Positions 9,512-18,804 are shown, numbered from the stretch's first letter. The stretch: DNA of 64,000 bases from an uncultured Sutterella sp. (GCA_905206365.1 CAJLHF010000003.1:2589-66588), one strand, 5' to 3'. Program-made: numbers and translations. Notes: generated from the letters alone by a model not told the origin.

Positions 9512-10285
9512 TCAGACCGAGCCGCGTCGCACTTGCTCGAAGAGGTCGCGGTACATCACCCAGATGCCCGCCTGACTCACGGTCGAAAGGACGGCGATCA
9601 GAAGCGGAGCCACGTAGGGGAGCGCGTTCGGAAGGCCGACCGCGGCGAAGAGGGCTTCGAGAATCAGGCCCGAACCGGCCGTGAGACCGAAAAGGAGCAC
9701 GACGAAAACAACGACGGGCGGAAGGTTGCGCAACACCCCGAAGAAGGAATAAAAGAGGCTCTTTCCGAGGGCTTGGCGCTTGTCGGCCACAAGAAGCGGC
9801 GCGAAGACCGTCATCATGAGGAGCGGCACGTAAAGAACGACGGTCGTCACAAAGGCCGTCACGGGAAGATTCGCCATCACGGATTCGAAATCGATCCCTT
9901 TTTCGGTGATTTTCCAGGCGGCGATGGCGTCCGCACCGAGGTAGTCGAAGATCACCATTTCCACTTCGAACCAGAGCGAACTCAGAAGACCGATCCCGAG
10001 GAGCGGCCAGCGGCTCGGCGCGTCGCGAAAAATCTGCGAAAGCATCTGGTACGAGGGGACGCGCCCTTCGAGCGTGTCGCGCGCGGCGTAGCCCGTGAGT
10101 ACGGCGCCGAACGGCATCCAGCAGCTCGCGAGGATCGCACCGATGAAGGGGAAGCCCGAGAGCAGACCGCTCACGAGGGTCGAGAAAATCACGATGCCGG
10201 GCAGCGCCACGGGCTGACGGCGAAGGGCGGAAAGACTCTCCTTGAACCAGACGAGGCCGTCCGAGAAAGCAGGTGTTTGTGCCAT
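9512..10285 (-). CDS. Integral membrane protein of unknown function
   Basis: 257 aa with 5-6 predicted TM helices; no catalytic motif recognised. Confidence 0.5.
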   Translation of the reverse strand: MAQTPAFSDGLVWFKESLSALRRQPVALPGIVIFSTLVSGLLSGFPFIGAILASCWMPFGAVLTGYAARDTLEGRVPSYQMLSQIFRDAPSRWPLLGIGLLSSLWFEVEMVIFDYLGADAIAAWKITEKGIDFESVMANLPVTAFVTTVVLYVPLLMMTVFAPLLVADKRQALGKSLFYSFFGVLRNLPPVVVFVVLLFGLTAGSGLILEALFAAVGLPNALPYVAPLLIAVLSTVSQAGIWVMYRDLFEQVRRGSV

Positions 10286-10392
10286 GGGGTGGGGTTAGGT
10301 AGTGCGGTGTGGGAGCAGGCGCTCGTCAACGTAAAACGCCCGGGCGGCGATGTCGCTCGGGCGCATCGAAAACGAACGAGGTCGTGCGGGGA

Positions 10393-10830
10393 TTACCAGC
10401 CGAACTCGATGAACTTCGGGGTGCCGAGGGTGCTCTTCGAGTTGCCGCCCGGGGTCGAGTCTATCGGGCGTTCGGCCTGGTTTTGCATCGAATAAGGAAT
10501 CTGAGTGGAGCCCGGCGTCACGACGTATTCGGTGACGCGGTTGTCCTGGTCGCGCACGGCTTCGATCGTCGTACGCTTGCTATGAACTTTCGGAACGATC
10601 CCCATTTCACGATCGGCGCGGGCCTTCTCCAGGTCCGCTTCGCTCGGAGCGATCTGCATGCCTTCGCTTTTGGCCTTCGGAGGCAGCGTTCGGGCGGGCG
10701 GAGGCACCTGAACCTTCGAGGGGGAGACGTCGCCCGCGTAGGGCGGAAGCTCGTCGGACGGGGTTGCGGGGGCGGCCGCAAGCCCCATCGAAGCGCAAAG
10801 CGCGGCGGTGAGGAGGAACGGCTTGATCAT
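10393..10830 (-). CDS. Secreted/periplasmic protein of unknown function (DUF2782-like, commonly next to polA in betaproteobacteria)
   Basis: 145 aa; N-terminal signal peptide (MIKPFLLTAALCASMGLAAA); Pro-rich linker; C-terminal conserved block TTIEAVRDQDNRVTEYVVTPGSTQIPYSM. Confidence 0.5.
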   Translation of the reverse strand: MIKPFLLTAALCASMGLAAAPATPSDELPPYAGDVSPSKVQVPPPARTLPPKAKSEGMQIAPSEADLEKARADREMGIVPKVHSKRTTIEAVRDQDNRVTEYVVTPGSTQIPYSMQNQAERPIDSTPGGNSKSTLGTPKFIEFGW

Positions 10831-11187
10831 ACGGATATCCTTGCTGAAAAATCTCCCGAAAAGCGGGAGTAGGGCCGGGCGGCGGGTTTTGCGCCCGTTC
10901 GCGGGCCGCGGAATGCGGTCGTGTGTTCTTCGTGCGACATGTTTGGTGGCCGTGCCGCTCGGGGACGGTCGGTCGCAGTCGCTTCCGTACCGTCATTCTG
11001 CCACGTTGCCCGGGGCCGGCGCCTCGGGACGAGCACGAATTTCAGGGGCGCTCGAGCGGTTTGGCCGTGAGGAAACGCAATACGTCGCCGCCCCGAGCGC
11101 GGCGTCAACCCTCCGGCACGGTCGACGGCTTCCGCATCCAGTATCCTTGAGGTCTCCAAAGCATTTTTACGGACGACGCAACCAGTC

Positions 11188-14100
11188 ATGTCGACGCTAC
11201 TACTCATTGACGGATCGAACTATCTTTTCCGTGCCTACCACGGCCTGCCGCCGCTCTCCACGTCGAACGGCGAACCGACGGGCGCCATGCGGGGCTTTCT
11301 CGGCATGCTCGGGCGCGTCCAGGGCATGGTGAAGCCCGATCGTGCGCTCGTCGTTTTCGACGCGCCCGGGAAGAATTTCCGTCACGCGATGTATCCCGAG
11401 TACAAGGCGAATCGTCCGCCGATGCCCGACGATCTGCGCGTGCAGATCGAGCCCCTTCAGAAGGTTCTCCCCGATCTCGGGTGGCCGCTTCTCGTCGTGC
11501 CCGGTGTCGAAGCCGACGACGTTATTGCGACGCTTGCCCGGAAAGGGCGAGCCGAAGGGATGAAAATCGTCATCGCGACGGGCGACAAGGACATGGCGCA
11601 GCTCGTCGACGAGAACGTGACGCTTCTCAACACGATGAACACCAAGTTCTACGACCGAGACGGCGTGATTGAAAAGTACGGCGTTCCGCCCGAGCGCATC
11701 ATCGACTACCTCGCGCTCATGGGCGACAAGGTCGACAACGTCCCCGGGATTGAAAAGTGCGGTGAAAAAACAGCCGCCAAGTGGATCGCCCAGTTCGGAA
11801 GCCTCGACGAAATCAAGCGTCGCGCCGACGAGGTGAAGGGGAAGATCGGCGAAAACCTCCGCAAGGGTCTTCCCTTCCTGGACGAAGCGCGAAAGCTCGT
11901 CACGATCAAGGACGATTGCGAGCTGCCCGTCTCGGGTCTCGAAGAGCTCGACTTTCGCACGCCGTCGGCGGAAGCGCTTCGTGCATTCGCGCGCCGCTGG
12001 GAAATGTCGAACGAAACGATTCTGCGAGCGCTTCCGTCCGGGATGCGCGCCCGCGTGAAGACGGCGCTTGAAGCCGCGCACGAGACTCCGCACGAGGCTC
12101 CGAACACTACGGGCACCACCGGGTCGCTTTTCGACTTGGGCGAACTCGACGCGATGCCCGCTCCCGTCCCCGTTCCGGGCGACACGCCCCGAAACCTCGG
12201 GGTCGAACCCGATTCGACCCCGCAAGCGGTCGAAATCGGTACGGCCGAGCGCGTCGCCCGTCTGCAGGGTGCGATCGGCGCGAGCGAAGCGGGCGACGCT
12301 CCCGACGAACTTCCCTTTACGCGTATCGAAGATCCGCTGCAGCTCGCGGACTTTGCGGCGCGACTCGCGGATGTCTCCGCGCGGTGCGACTTCCCGACGG
12401 GGATTTCGCTTCACTTTGAGGGCGACTGTCGTCGCGCGCGCCTGGCGGGCGTTGCGTTCGCGCTTTCGCCCAAGGACGTGACCGTCGTTCTCGCGTCAGA
12501 GAGCCTTCCCGCCGAAGCAATCGCGGCGGGGCTTTCGGGCTGGTTGGCCGGCGATGCTCCCAAGGTCTTTCACGACGCGAAGACGATGCTTCACGTCCTT
12601 GCCGCCGCGGGTGCTCCCGTCGAAGGGCGGGTCGACGACACGATGCTCATGGACTACGTTGTCGAAGCGCACGTGAAGCACGACCTCCCGAAACTTGCCG
12701 CCCGCTACCTCGCCCGTACGATTCCGGAACGCGAGGCCGTGTTCGGCAAGGGCGCAAAACGCAAGGCCTGGACCGAAGTGCCGCGCGGAGAGGTGGAAAA
12801 ACTTCTCGCCGAAGAAGCCGCGTCCGTTCGCGCGATTTCGTCCGTGCTGGGCTCCGTGCTTCGCGCCGACGAGGTGCTTTGGCCAATTTACGACGAGATC
12901 GAACGTCCTCTCCTCAAGGTCCTTTTCCGCATGGAAAATACGGGCGTTGCGGTGGACGGGTTCCTGCTCGCGCGCGAATCCGAAGAGCTCGGGGTGCGTA
13001 TCGATGCGCTCGAAGCCGAAGCGGAACGCGTGGCGGGGACCGCTTTCAACCTCTCGAGCCCGAAGCAATTGGGGAAGATTCTTTTCGAAGACTTGAAGCT
13101 TCCCGTTCTCAAGAAGACCCCGTCGGGGACGCCCTCGACCGACGAAGACGTTCTGACGGAGCTTGCACTCGACTATCCGCTTCCGAAGATCGTCCTCGAG
13201 CACCGGCGTTTGACGAAGCTTCGGAGTACGTACCTGGAAAAGCTTCCCCGCATGGCGGACCCCGTCGACGGGCGCGTGCACACGACTTTCGGGCAGGCGA
13301 CGGCCGTGACGGGGCGTCTTGCGAGTTCCGACCCGAATCTTCAGAACATTCCCGTCCGTACCGAAGAGGGGCGGCGCGTGCGCGAAGCGTTCGTCGCCGA
13401 GCGCGGCTCGGTCATCGTGTCCGCGGACTACTCGCAGGTGGAGTTGCGCATCATGGCGCACCTCTCGAAGGACCGAGGGCTCCTTGACGCGTTCGCGCGC
13501 GGTGAAGACATTCACCGCTCGACCGCGGCCGAAGTCTTCGGTCGTCCGATCGAAGCGGTGACGCCCGACGAACGCCGCATGGCCAAAGTGATCAACTTCG
13601 GTCTCATCTACGGGATGAGCGCCTTCGGTCTCGCGCAGAACCTCGGGATCGACCGTCGCGTGGCGGCCAATTACATCGACGCCTACTTCACGCGCTATCC
13701 GGGCGTGAAGCGCTACATGGATGAAATGCGCGCGCTCGCACACGAGCAGGGGTTCGTCGAAACCGTGTTCGGTCGTCGACTCTGGATCCCCGACATCAAG
13801 AGCGGCCGCAAACCCGTGCAGGCGGCCGCCGAGCGAGCGGCCATCAACGCTCCCATGCAGGGAACGGCCGCCGATGTCATCAAGAAAGCGATGATTGCGG
13901 TCGATGCCTGGTTGCGCGAACGCAAGCTCGGTGCCCGACTCGTCCTTCAGGTGCATGACGAACTCATCCTCGAAGTGCCCGAGGCCGAAGTCGAACTCGT
14001 GAAGACCGAAGTGCCTAAGCTCATGCGCGAGGCGGCCGAACTCGAGGTGCCCCTCATCGCCGAGGTGGGCTCGGGCGACAGCTGGGAGGCGGCGCACTGA
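11188..14100 (+). CDS. polA: DNA polymerase I
   Basis: 970 aa; 5-prime nuclease, 3-prime-5-prime exonuclease and polymerase domains (RRxhKxxNFGxxYG, QVHDEL motifs); contains a ~90-aa low-complexity linker after the 5-prime nuclease domain. Confidence 0.95.
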   Translation: MSTLLLIDGSNYLFRAYHGLPPLSTSNGEPTGAMRGFLGMLGRVQGMVKPDRALVVFDAPGKNFRHAMYPEYKANRPPMPDDLRVQIEPLQKVLPDLGWPLLVVPGVEADDVIATLARKGRAEGMKIVIATGDKDMAQLVDENVTLLNTMNTKFYDRDGVIEKYGVPPERIIDYLALMGDKVDNVPGIEKCGEKTAAKWIAQFGSLDEIKRRADEVKGKIGENLRKGLPFLDEARKLVTIKDDCELPVSGLEELDFRTPSAEALRAFARRWEMSNETILRALPSGMRARVKTALEAAHETPHEAPNTTGTTGSLFDLGELDAMPAPVPVPGDTPRNLGVEPDSTPQAVEIGTAERVARLQGAIGASEAGDAPDELPFTRIEDPLQLADFAARLADVSARCDFPTGISLHFEGDCRRARLAGVAFALSPKDVTVVLASESLPAEAIAAGLSGWLAGDAPKVFHDAKTMLHVLAAAGAPVEGRVDDTMLMDYVVEAHVKHDLPKLAARYLARTIPEREAVFGKGAKRKAWTEVPRGEVEKLLAEEAASVRAISSVLGSVLRADEVLWPIYDEIERPLLKVLFRMENTGVAVDGFLLARESEELGVRIDALEAEAERVAGTAFNLSSPKQLGKILFEDLKLPVLKKTPSGTPSTDEDVLTELALDYPLPKIVLEHRRLTKLRSTYLEKLPRMADPVDGRVHTTFGQATAVTGRLASSDPNLQNIPVRTEEGRRVREAFVAERGSVIVSADYSQVELRIMAHLSKDRGLLDAFARGEDIHRSTAAEVFGRPIEAVTPDERRMAKVINFGLIYGMSAFGLAQNLGIDRRVAANYIDAYFTRYPGVKRYMDEMRALAHEQGFVETVFGRRLWIPDIKSGRKPVQAAAERAAINAPMQGTAADVIKKAMIAVDAWLRERKLGARLVLQVHDELILEVPEAEVELVKTEVPKLMREAAELEVPLIAEVGSGDSWEAAH

Positions 14101-14130
14101 GGTCGAGCGTCCTCGCACGCGAACCGCCAA

Positions 14131-14168
14131 TGAAAAAAGGGGAGCCCCTCGGGGGCTCCCCTTTTTCG
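14131..14168. terminator. Bidirectional rho-independent terminator between polA (+) and the HslJ-like gene (-)
   Basis: A6-GGGGAGCCCC-tcg-GGGGCTCCCC-T5: perfect 10-bp GC stem flanked by A and T runs. Confidence 0.6.
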
Positions 14169-14190
14169 AACACGGATCGGGCGTTCTCGC

Positions 14191-14631
14191 TTACTTGCAG
14201 TTGCCGGCCTTTTCCGGGACGAGCGTCACGAGCTTTTCTTCGTCCTTCGACCAGAGCGTGATCCCGTCGCCTTCGCTCGTCACGAACGCTACCTGATTGA
14301 GGATGCCGAGGAACTTCTGTTCGACTTCCATGAATTCGGGGGCGCACATCTTCATCGTGGAGCCGAGCGGCCCCATGGCAATGGCTTTGCCTTCGAGCTT
14401 CCAACCGCCGATCAGGTTGTTGCAGCCGGCGTTGCCCGAGACGCGACCGTCGGCACCGAACGTGATCGAGGGCGGGAGTTCGCAGTTTTCGCTCACGGCC
14501 TCGGCCCACACGAAGGTCTTGCCGGCGAGTTCGGGAGCGTTGCCCGCGGGGCCTTCCTGCCCGCCGGTCGAGGCGCAACCCGCGGCGAGAAGCGTGGCGG
14601 CGAGAGCGGCGCAAATCGTAGTCTTGGTCAT
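14191..14631 (-). CDS. META-domain (HslJ-like) lipoprotein
   Basis: 146 aa; lipobox LLAAGC; META-domain pattern (GNAGCNNLIGGWKLEG...MAMGPLGSTMKMC). Confidence 0.65.
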   Translation of the reverse strand: MTKTTICAALAATLLAAGCASTGGQEGPAGNAPELAGKTFVWAEAVSENCELPPSITFGADGRVSGNAGCNNLIGGWKLEGKAIAMGPLGSTMKMCAPEFMEVEQKFLGILNQVAFVTSEGDGITLWSKDEEKLVTLVPEKAGNCK

Positions 14632-15095
14632 GGTTCAGTCTCCGTAGGAAAGTCCCGCCGAACGTATCGGACGGGACGCGTCGGGCGTGCGTCGGATGCG
14701 CGCCCGTGGGTATCGGTTGTGCCCGGGCATCCGTTCGGTCCCCGAGGTTGCTTTGTAGTTTCGACGGGAGGGCGAAAAGCGCCGGAAAGCCAGCGGTTTC
14801 TCGCCTTTCCCCGCCCGCAATCGTACACCGTGTCGCCCGTCGGACAAAGGGTTCGGGCGACGGAGTCAACATCCGGAAACAAATCGGACGCCCGTCGAAC
14901 AAACGCTTCCTCTCCGTTAACGTCCTCATCTTCTTTGCCTCAAGGCACATCCGTTTCGCTTTTGTTCGCTCCGATCGTGAAGTCGCGCTCGAACGGATCG
15001 ACAATGCACTCCTTAGGATTCGCCGGATCGGGTGTTGCGGGCAAGAAGAGGCCCGTCGGTCCGAAGTGCAACTGTTTGTTTGTGGGGTGAAAAAA

Positions 15096-15446
15096 ATGAG
15101 AAAGGCGTTCGTACTTCTGGGGCTTGTCGCCGCGCTCGGCTGTACGACGGTGTCGGCCGAAATCGTGGTGCCGCACCGTATCCATCCGACGATCGATACG
15201 GTCTCGGAGGTGCTCGCGTCGGGCAAGGACGAAGATTGGGTGATGCTTACGGGGGCGCTCGTACGCAAGGAGCGTGCAAACGAATACGTCTTCCGGGACG
15301 CGACGGGCGAAATCAAGGCGACGGTGCTGAGCGACGTGATCGCGGGACACGTGTTGCACGCCGACCGGACGTTCCGCGCGGTGGCCCGCGTCTCGCGTCC
15401 GCCCTTTGAAACGCCGACGATCGATATCGAACGCATCGACGAATAA
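15096..15446 (+). CDS. YgiW/YdeI (BOF, bacterial OB-fold) family periplasmic protein
   Basis: 116 aa from internal ATG with RBS GGGGTGAAAAAA; signal peptide MRKAFVLLGLVAALGCTTVSA; OB-fold-like core; the longer ORF 14706..15446 is an upstream artefact. Confidence 0.6.
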   Translation: MRKAFVLLGLVAALGCTTVSAEIVVPHRIHPTIDTVSEVLASGKDEDWVMLTGALVRKERANEYVFRDATGEIKATVLSDVIAGHVLHADRTFRAVARVSRPPFETPTIDIERIDE

Positions 15447-15557
15447 TTCGACAGGTCGTCACTCCGGGGAGCTTCGCCGATTCGTGCGGTCCGAAGACGA
15501 CTTCCCTCACGGCGATAGAATGGATGAAGTCTGTCGGATGCTGTAAGGAGGACGGCC

Positions 15558-15809
15558 GTGGGGCTACGTTTTCAACGACGAGTTCGGATTTTCAAGGGGG
15601 TATATCTGAACCTTTCGAAAACGGGCGTAAGCTTCTCGCTTCGGGGACGAGGCGGCGGCATTACGGTTGGCAAGAGAGGACCGCGCGCGAGCGTGGGAAT
15701 TCCCGGGACGGGCCTGTCCTACCAAACGAAGCTCGGCTCCGGGGCTGGTGTGGTCGGGATTGTGGTTGCCGTCATTGCGGCGGTCGTGATCCTCGCTCAG
15801 TTCCTCTGA
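15558..15809 (+). CDS. Small DUF4236-like protein with a C-terminal transmembrane anchor
   Basis: 83 aa; Gly/Arg-rich repeat-like core (YLNLSKTGVSFSLRGRGGGITVGKRGPRASVGIPGTGLSY) and hydrophobic tail GVVGIVVAVIAAVVILAQFL; the alternative-frame ORF 15524..15856 looks non-coding. Confidence 0.55.
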   Translation: MGLRFQRRVRIFKGVYLNLSKTGVSFSLRGRGGGITVGKRGPRASVGIPGTGLSYQTKLGSGAGVVGIVVAVIAAVVILAQFL

Positions 15810-15863
15810 GGCCGGTCGCACTGCCCGCGGGCTCTTGCAAGTCCCCCAAGGATTGAAATCTCA

Positions 15864-15896
15864 AAGACCGCTTTCCGACGGGAAGGCGGTCTTTTT
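15864..15896 (+). terminator. Candidate terminator after the DUF4236-like gene
   Basis: GACCGCTTTCC-gacg-GGAAGGCGGTC hairpin (one mismatch) followed by TTTTT. Confidence 0.4.
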
Positions 15897-16015
15897 CCGA
15901 CTCCGTGGACGTCTCCGGAAGGGCGGCGGTACAGGCGGAGCCCGGCCGCAGAGGGGCTTGCGAGGGATGTCATGCTCGCAGGTGACCTGACACGCGGGGG
16001 TACTTCTCATGGAGA

Positions 16016-16066
16016 ACAAGGTGGAGGGCGTTGAGCTTGAACTCATGAGTGAACCGGTAGCGGGGC
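16016..16066 (+). repeat. 51-bp direct repeat, copy 1 (left boundary of the LysR-flavoprotein segment)
   Basis: ACAAGGTGGAGGGCGTTGAGCTTGAACTCATGAGTGAACCGGTAGCGGGG; differs at 4 of 51 positions from copy 2 at 18866..18916. Confidence 0.7.
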
Positions 16067-16132
16067 ATGGCCATGGAAGAACTCCTTGAAAGAGGCTGTG
16101 TCGAGCTTGAAATTCGGATGGCCGCCGACACC

Positions 16133-17116
16133 TCAACTTTGACCCTTATCTCCAACCTTCCAAAACAGTCCGTTGTGTCTTTGCTCAAACGGCAGTCCCA
16201 CGGTTCGATAACGGGACAGGGCAGCCTGACGTTCCCGTTCGACAAACCAATTCATGAAGCAGTCAAGTTCGGGATCGTCTGCCGAATTTTGTCTTACCGT
16301 GAGCGTCACTCGAAACGGTTCCCGACTCCATCCGTTCAGAACCGGCACGACTTCCCCTGACGCCAAATCATCCCGAATGCTCGCCGTCGGCAGGTCGAGC
16401 GCAACGCCCAAGCCCACACGCAGAGCGCTTTGAATCGTCAGAAAATCTCCCGACAGCATATGCGCCGCCTTGAAGGGGCGACGCTCCAGGCCGCGTACGA
16501 GGCAATGCGATTCAGGATAGTTCCTTGCTGTTCTCATCAGCAACGTATGCCGGGACAGATCCTCCGGTCTTTCGGGCATGCCGTGCCGTTCTACATACGC
16601 TTTCGATGCGACCGGCAAAACGCCGAGACAATGAATGAAGCGGTTGCAGAGATTCGGATCCTCTGGCATGTAAAGAAGATAGGCGACATCCACACGGTTC
16701 CTCAGCAAATCCAGGTGATCCACTTCGGTCACCACCTCGATGTCAATTTTCGGTGCGATCTGCTTGTATTCGGCAAGCATCGCCAAAAGCTGTTCCCGCG
16801 GATAGCCGGCAACCACCCCGAAACGAATCAGGTGTCCGTGATCGTTTCGGCATCGGGTCAACTTGGACCACAGCTCATTGTGCTGATCCAAAAAAGCTTT
16901 GATGCTTGGAATGTGTTCTTCGCCGTAGGTCGTCAATCGCATGGGCCTCGCTGATCGATCAAAGAAACGTGCGTTGAGCCGTTCCTCCATGGCCGAGATC
17001 AGACGGCTCACCATGGCGACATCCATGTCCAAAGCCACAGCCGCATCCCGCATGGATGCACACCGCGCCACTTCCACAATGGCCTTCCAGGCCGCGATGT
17101 TGTTTTCTATCCTCAT
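16133..17116 (-). CDS. LysR-family transcriptional regulator
   Basis: 327 aa; N-terminal wHTH (MRDAAVALDMDVAMVSRLISAMEERLNARFFDR) and LysR substrate-binding domain; divergent from the flavoprotein gene. Confidence 0.9.
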   Translation of the reverse strand: MRIENNIAAWKAIVEVARCASMRDAAVALDMDVAMVSRLISAMEERLNARFFDRSARPMRLTTYGEEHIPSIKAFLDQHNELWSKLTRCRNDHGHLIRFGVVAGYPREQLLAMLAEYKQIAPKIDIEVVTEVDHLDLLRNRVDVAYLLYMPEDPNLCNRFIHCLGVLPVASKAYVERHGMPERPEDLSRHTLLMRTARNYPESHCLVRGLERRPFKAAHMLSGDFLTIQSALRVGLGVALDLPTASIRDDLASGEVVPVLNGWSREPFRVTLTVRQNSADDPELDCFMNWFVERERQAALSRYRTVGLPFEQRHNGLFWKVGDKGQS

Positions 17117-17129
17117 GCGACAGCTTTTG

Positions 17130-17147
17130 TTGTTGATTTATCAACAA
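17130..17147. promoter_or_regulatory. Perfect palindrome TTGTTGAT-TT-ATCAACAA in the LysR/flavoprotein divergent promoter region; candidate LysR-type operator
   Basis: 8-2-8 inverted repeat 14 bp upstream of the lysR start codon, in the 109-bp divergent intergenic region. Confidence 0.5.
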
Positions 17148-17225
17148 TGATTGTAGATCCACTCTTAACAGGGGTCAGCATCCATCCTAAACTGAGTTTA
17201 CTTCGACCAAAGGAGGACCTTACCC

Positions 17226-18725
17226 ATGACCATCAATCTCAACCGCCGCACCCTGCTTGGTTCCGGCGCAGCCGCACTGATCGCCTCACCGCTCGCAGTC
17301 CAGGCCAAAGAAAGCAAGAGCTGGGATCGGACCGTTGACATCCTCATCGTGGGTTCCGGTTTTGCCGGGCTCAGCGCCGCCATTGAAGCCAAGAGGGCCG
17401 GACGTACGCCCGTCATCATCGAGCAGATGAGCTTCACCGGCGGTAACTCACGCATCACCGGCGGCGGTATCGCCGTTCCCGGCTCGCCCATGCAGAAGGA
17501 AAAAGGCATTGAGGACAGCCCGGAACTGATGCTCGCCGACATGCTCAAGGCCGGCAACAATCTCAACTTCCCCGAACTGGCCCGGACCGTCGCCTTCGGT
17601 GCGCGAGACGCTTACGACTGGTTGGTCAACGACATCGGCGTCAAGTTCACACGTCTGATCTACCACGGCGGTCACAGCGTGATGCGCGGTTGCGGCGCCG
17701 AGCTTCTGGATGCGCACGTGACCAACTTCATGCCGAGGCTTGAAGTCAAGGCGCGTGAGCTTGGCGTGTCCATCGAAACGCGAACCAAACTCACATCGCT
17801 TATTACCGATGATGCGGGACGCGTCATCGGCGCCGAAGTGCGCAAGAACTTCGTCTTCGGCAAACCGGAATCCGGCACGCTCGAACGCGTCCGTACGAAG
17901 GGCGGTGTCATTCTTGCAAGCGGCGGCTTTGCCGCCAATCCGAAGATGCGCATGCTATTCGATCCCCGGCTTGATGCCTCCATTGAAACGACCAATCACG
18001 TCGGCGCAACGGGCGACGCGACGGCGTGCGCGCAGATGATCGGTGCCGGCGTGACGCAGATGGACTGGATTCAATGTCTTCCGATGACGAGCCCCGACGA
18101 ACACGGCTTCGGTATTGCCGTTCACTATGTGGAGTACACCGCCGGCTTCGGGCTTGCAGTCGACCCGGTCACGGGCAAGCGCTTCATGAACGAAACCGCC
18201 AACCGCAAGGTTCGCGCCGACGCCATTTTGGCGCTCAAACACCCGGCATTGTGCATCTGTACGCTCGCCAATGCCAAAAAGCATACGCCGGCACTGCGTC
18301 TGCAGAAGGCGATGGAAAACGGTTCCGTCAAGTCCTACGACACGATTGAAGAACTTGCCAAGGCCTACAACATGCCTCTTGAAGCCTTCCGCGAACAACT
18401 CAAAACCTGGAACGAATGCATCCGTAGCCGGAAGGATCCGGAATTCGGCGCCAAGATTTTTGAGGATGCCGAAGTCAACGAAACCGGTCCCTTCCTCGTA
18501 TCCCGACTTTGGCCCCGCGCGCACCATACCATGGGCGGTTTGATCATCAATACGAAGGCCCAGGTACTCAATGCCTTCGGAGAACCCATCCCCGGACTTT
18601 GGGCTGCTGGCGAAGCTACCGGCGGCGTGCACGGCGAAGTTCGTCTCGGTACCGTCGCCATCGCGGACTGCATCGTCTTCGGCCGTATCGCCGGACAAAG
18701 TGCGTCAGCCTCCGCGATCGTCTGA
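17226..18725 (+). CDS. Tat-exported FAD-binding dehydrogenase of the fumarate reductase/succinate dehydrogenase flavoprotein family (flavocytochrome-c-like soluble reductase)
   Basis: 499 aa; twin-arginine signal NRRTLLGSGAAALIASPLAVQA; FAD dinucleotide-binding motif DILIVGSGFAGLSAAIEA; C-terminal HTMGGL catalytic region. Confidence 0.85.
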   Translation: MTINLNRRTLLGSGAAALIASPLAVQAKESKSWDRTVDILIVGSGFAGLSAAIEAKRAGRTPVIIEQMSFTGGNSRITGGGIAVPGSPMQKEKGIEDSPELMLADMLKAGNNLNFPELARTVAFGARDAYDWLVNDIGVKFTRLIYHGGHSVMRGCGAELLDAHVTNFMPRLEVKARELGVSIETRTKLTSLITDDAGRVIGAEVRKNFVFGKPESGTLERVRTKGGVILASGGFAANPKMRMLFDPRLDASIETTNHVGATGDATACAQMIGAGVTQMDWIQCLPMTSPDEHGFGIAVHYVEYTAGFGLAVDPVTGKRFMNETANRKVRADAILALKHPALCICTLANAKKHTPALRLQKAMENGSVKSYDTIEELAKAYNMPLEAFREQLKTWNECIRSRKDPEFGAKIFEDAEVNETGPFLVSRLWPRAHHTMGGLIINTKAQVLNAFGEPIPGLWAAGEATGGVHGEVRLGTVAIADCIVFGRIAGQSASASAIV

Positions 18726-18804
18726 CGGTTTCCGGCATCATCGCAACTCGGCGATCGCAGACGCTTGCGGCGCCGAGACCGCATCAACATTGCCTGAACT
18801 CTCC

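Noticed and set aside
12496-14130. 544-aa minus-strand ORF, and similar long antisense ORFs (1268..2905, 14054..15436, 35988..37679, 36025..37512, 42354..44636, 49984..51663, 55821..58313, 25212..26138)
   Set aside because: Each overlaps a confidently identified gene (polA, menB/menE, the M20 hydrolase, the TonB-dependent receptor, smc, ligA, murB) on the opposite strand and has an Arg/Gly-rich antisense composition.
15524-15856. Alternative 110-aa frame overlapping the DUF4236-like gene
   Set aside because: Its Cys/Trp/Arg-rich sequence has no features. The overlapping frame has a recognisable family signature and a C-terminal TM helix.
16067-16360. 97-aa plus-strand ORF overlapping the 3-prime end of the LysR gene
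   Set aside because: It overlaps the LysR gene in antisense over most of its length and has no RBS or motif. It was kept only as context for the boundary-repeat observation.
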